This document shows positions 62,708-64,000 of a DNA stretch of 64,000 nt, in pieces (within the stretch, counting starts at the first letter, position 1; every line of letters begins with the position of its first letter). The position numbers and the translations under genes were made by a program. This DNA is from Candidatus Pacearchaeota archaeon. GTDB taxonomy: Archaea; Nanobdellota; Nanobdellia; Pacearchaeales; GW2011-AR1. Below the pieces are notes generated by a model that was not told where the DNA came from, ran no database searches, and saw only the letters and a program-made list of their open reading frames with translations. The stretch lies in contig JBAZYP010000009.1 in the NCBI GenBank assembly GCA_041659265.1, forward strand, positions 12,201 to 76,200. The letters run 5' to 3'.

Positions 62708-64000
62708 ATGAATAAAAAGAGCATGGCTAGAGCAGGTTTAATCTTAATAGTAATTCTCTTATTTTTCTTAATAATTTTTGTAATACCCAAAGTTAGTCCT
62801 GCCGCAATACAAGTAAAAGAGATTTATATTTTAGGTGAAAAATTTGAGCTTGATTTAACAAATAAGCCTTGGGCGAAAATAAAAGTATATACTCCTTCAA
62901 AACAGGTTTTAAATTCTCTTTCAAATCAGAAGAGATTTATATTCAGGCCTTGGGAAACAGGGGAATATAAGGTAGAAGTTGTTTATAATGGAAAAAAAGA
63001 AAATTATAATTTTAAGGTTGTAAGTAATTTAACAGAAAATGTTTCAGAAACTCTTTTTATAATTGATCCAACAAAAATTATTGATCTTAATGTTGAAAGT
63101 ACAAATTCCAGTTTTTTAAAAATAGGTAGGCCTATTGTTTTAATGGATGAAGCAAAGGTGATAACCGGAGTTGAAAAGAAAATAGAAATTCCAGAAAGCA
63201 GTAATATTTCTGTATATCATATGATAGGAAATGAGAAAAAAGTTTTTTTAGATTTTGAATTAAAGAATAATAATGATGGAACAAATTCTGTAATTATTGA
63301 TGGTATTGCTGGTAATTTTCAAGTAGAATATTCTTTAGCTGCTCCTGAAAAAGTTGAAAAAGTGATAAGTGAAGAAAAAAAAGAAGTTACTATCTATACT
63401 CCAAATGGTCTTGGATATCAAAATGTTACAGCATTTACATATCTAAAGGAGTTTTCAAAATCAAAAGAAAATCTTCAAATTTATTGGAAAGAAGAAGAGA
63501 GATATCTTGATTTTACTCCTTATGATAAAAATAATAATGGTTTTATTGATTATATAGAATGGATAGTTCCTCACTTATCTAATCAGACTTTTGAAATAAT
63601 TTATATTATAAAAGCTGAACATTTAAATTCTACAAGAGATTTTGTTGAAGAAATCTATCCTTTTGTTAAAGATAGAGATTATTTATTTAAAGAAATATTA
63701 ATAAATCATTATATTAGAGTTACTTTTGAAAAATTACTTGATTCAACTAAAGATATAACAATATATGCAAAAAGCAATAATTCTGGAAGAGTTGAAGTTT
63801 ATAATAAAGATAGCAATACTAAAATAGCAGATTTTGGAATAATAAATGAAGATAATAAATATCGGATTTTATTGAATAATTTAACTTTACCTTCAGATAC
63901 ATTTGATTTAAAGATAATAAATGGAAGTGTATTTTTTGATCAAATAATTGATCCTTCTGTTTCGATTAATGTTCCTGGTTCAATTGTTTATGGTCAAAGT
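62708..64000 (+). CDS. secreted/anchored protein, N-terminal 431 codons (continues beyond window), not in ORF track
   Basis: ATG 62708 gives MNKKSMARAGLILIVILLFFLIIFVIPKVSPA. The frame stays open to the window end. Confidence 0.65.
   Translation, partial: MNKKSMARAGLILIVILLFFLIIFVIPKVSPAAIQVKEIYILGEKFELDLTNKPWAKIKVYTPSKQVLNSLSNQKRFIFRPWETGEYKVEVVYNGKKENYNFKVVSNLTENVSETLFIIDPTKIIDLNVESTNSSFLKIGRPIVLMDEAKVITGVEKKIEIPESSNISVYHMIGNEKKVFLDFELKNNNDGTNSVIIDGIAGNFQVEYSLAAPEKVEKVISEEKKEVTIYTPNGLGYQNVTAFTYLKEFSKSKENLQIYWKEEERYLDFTPYDKNNNGFIDYIEWIVPHLSNQTFEIIYIIKAEHLNSTRDFVEEIYPFVKDRDYLFKEILINHYIRVTFEKLLDSTKDITIYAKSNNSGRVEVYNKDSNTKIADFGIINEDNKYRILLNNLTLPSDTFDLKIINGSVFFDQIIDPSVSINVPGSIVYGQS

Overview
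This is a visibly AT-rich window (roughly 30% G+C by eye) from an archaeal genome. The archaeal call rests on RadA, RPA, a GINS-like protein, a RecJ/GAN-like protein, an EndoQ-like protein, aIF2-alpha, aEF-1beta, ribosomal proteins S15 and S27e, SRP54, FtsY and Bud32. Small housekeeping islands alternate with many very large secreted or membrane-anchored proteins, which suggests a DPANN-type (Woese-/Pacearchaeota-like) episymbiont; that is inference only. Layout: (i) 0-3.3 kb holds small pilin-like genes followed by an A24 prepilin peptidase. (ii) 3.5-32 kb holds housekeeping genes interleaved with surface proteins, plus two tRNAs (Gln-UUG, Thr-UGU), each followed by a degenerate partial copy of itself. 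(iii) 32-64 kb is a near-continuous cell-surface locus built around two paralogous proteins in which an extracellular domain and a TM helix are fused to a cytoplasmic HerA/FtsK-like P-loop ATPase. These are surrounded by families of secreted or single-pass proteins with shared motifs, five small DNA-binding proteins, a SpoIIM/DUF95-like permease and an S2P-like HExxH membrane protein. This locus is my main candidate for an undescribed system, either a trans-envelope translocation or a surface-fibre machine. Two apparent frameshifts (the radA N-terminus and a T10 tract in a membrane-protein gene) may be assembly errors. I saw no CRISPR array, rRNA, integrase/transposase or reverse transcriptase. 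All calls come from reading the translations and sequence by eye. No database search was run, and identity levels are eyeball estimates.
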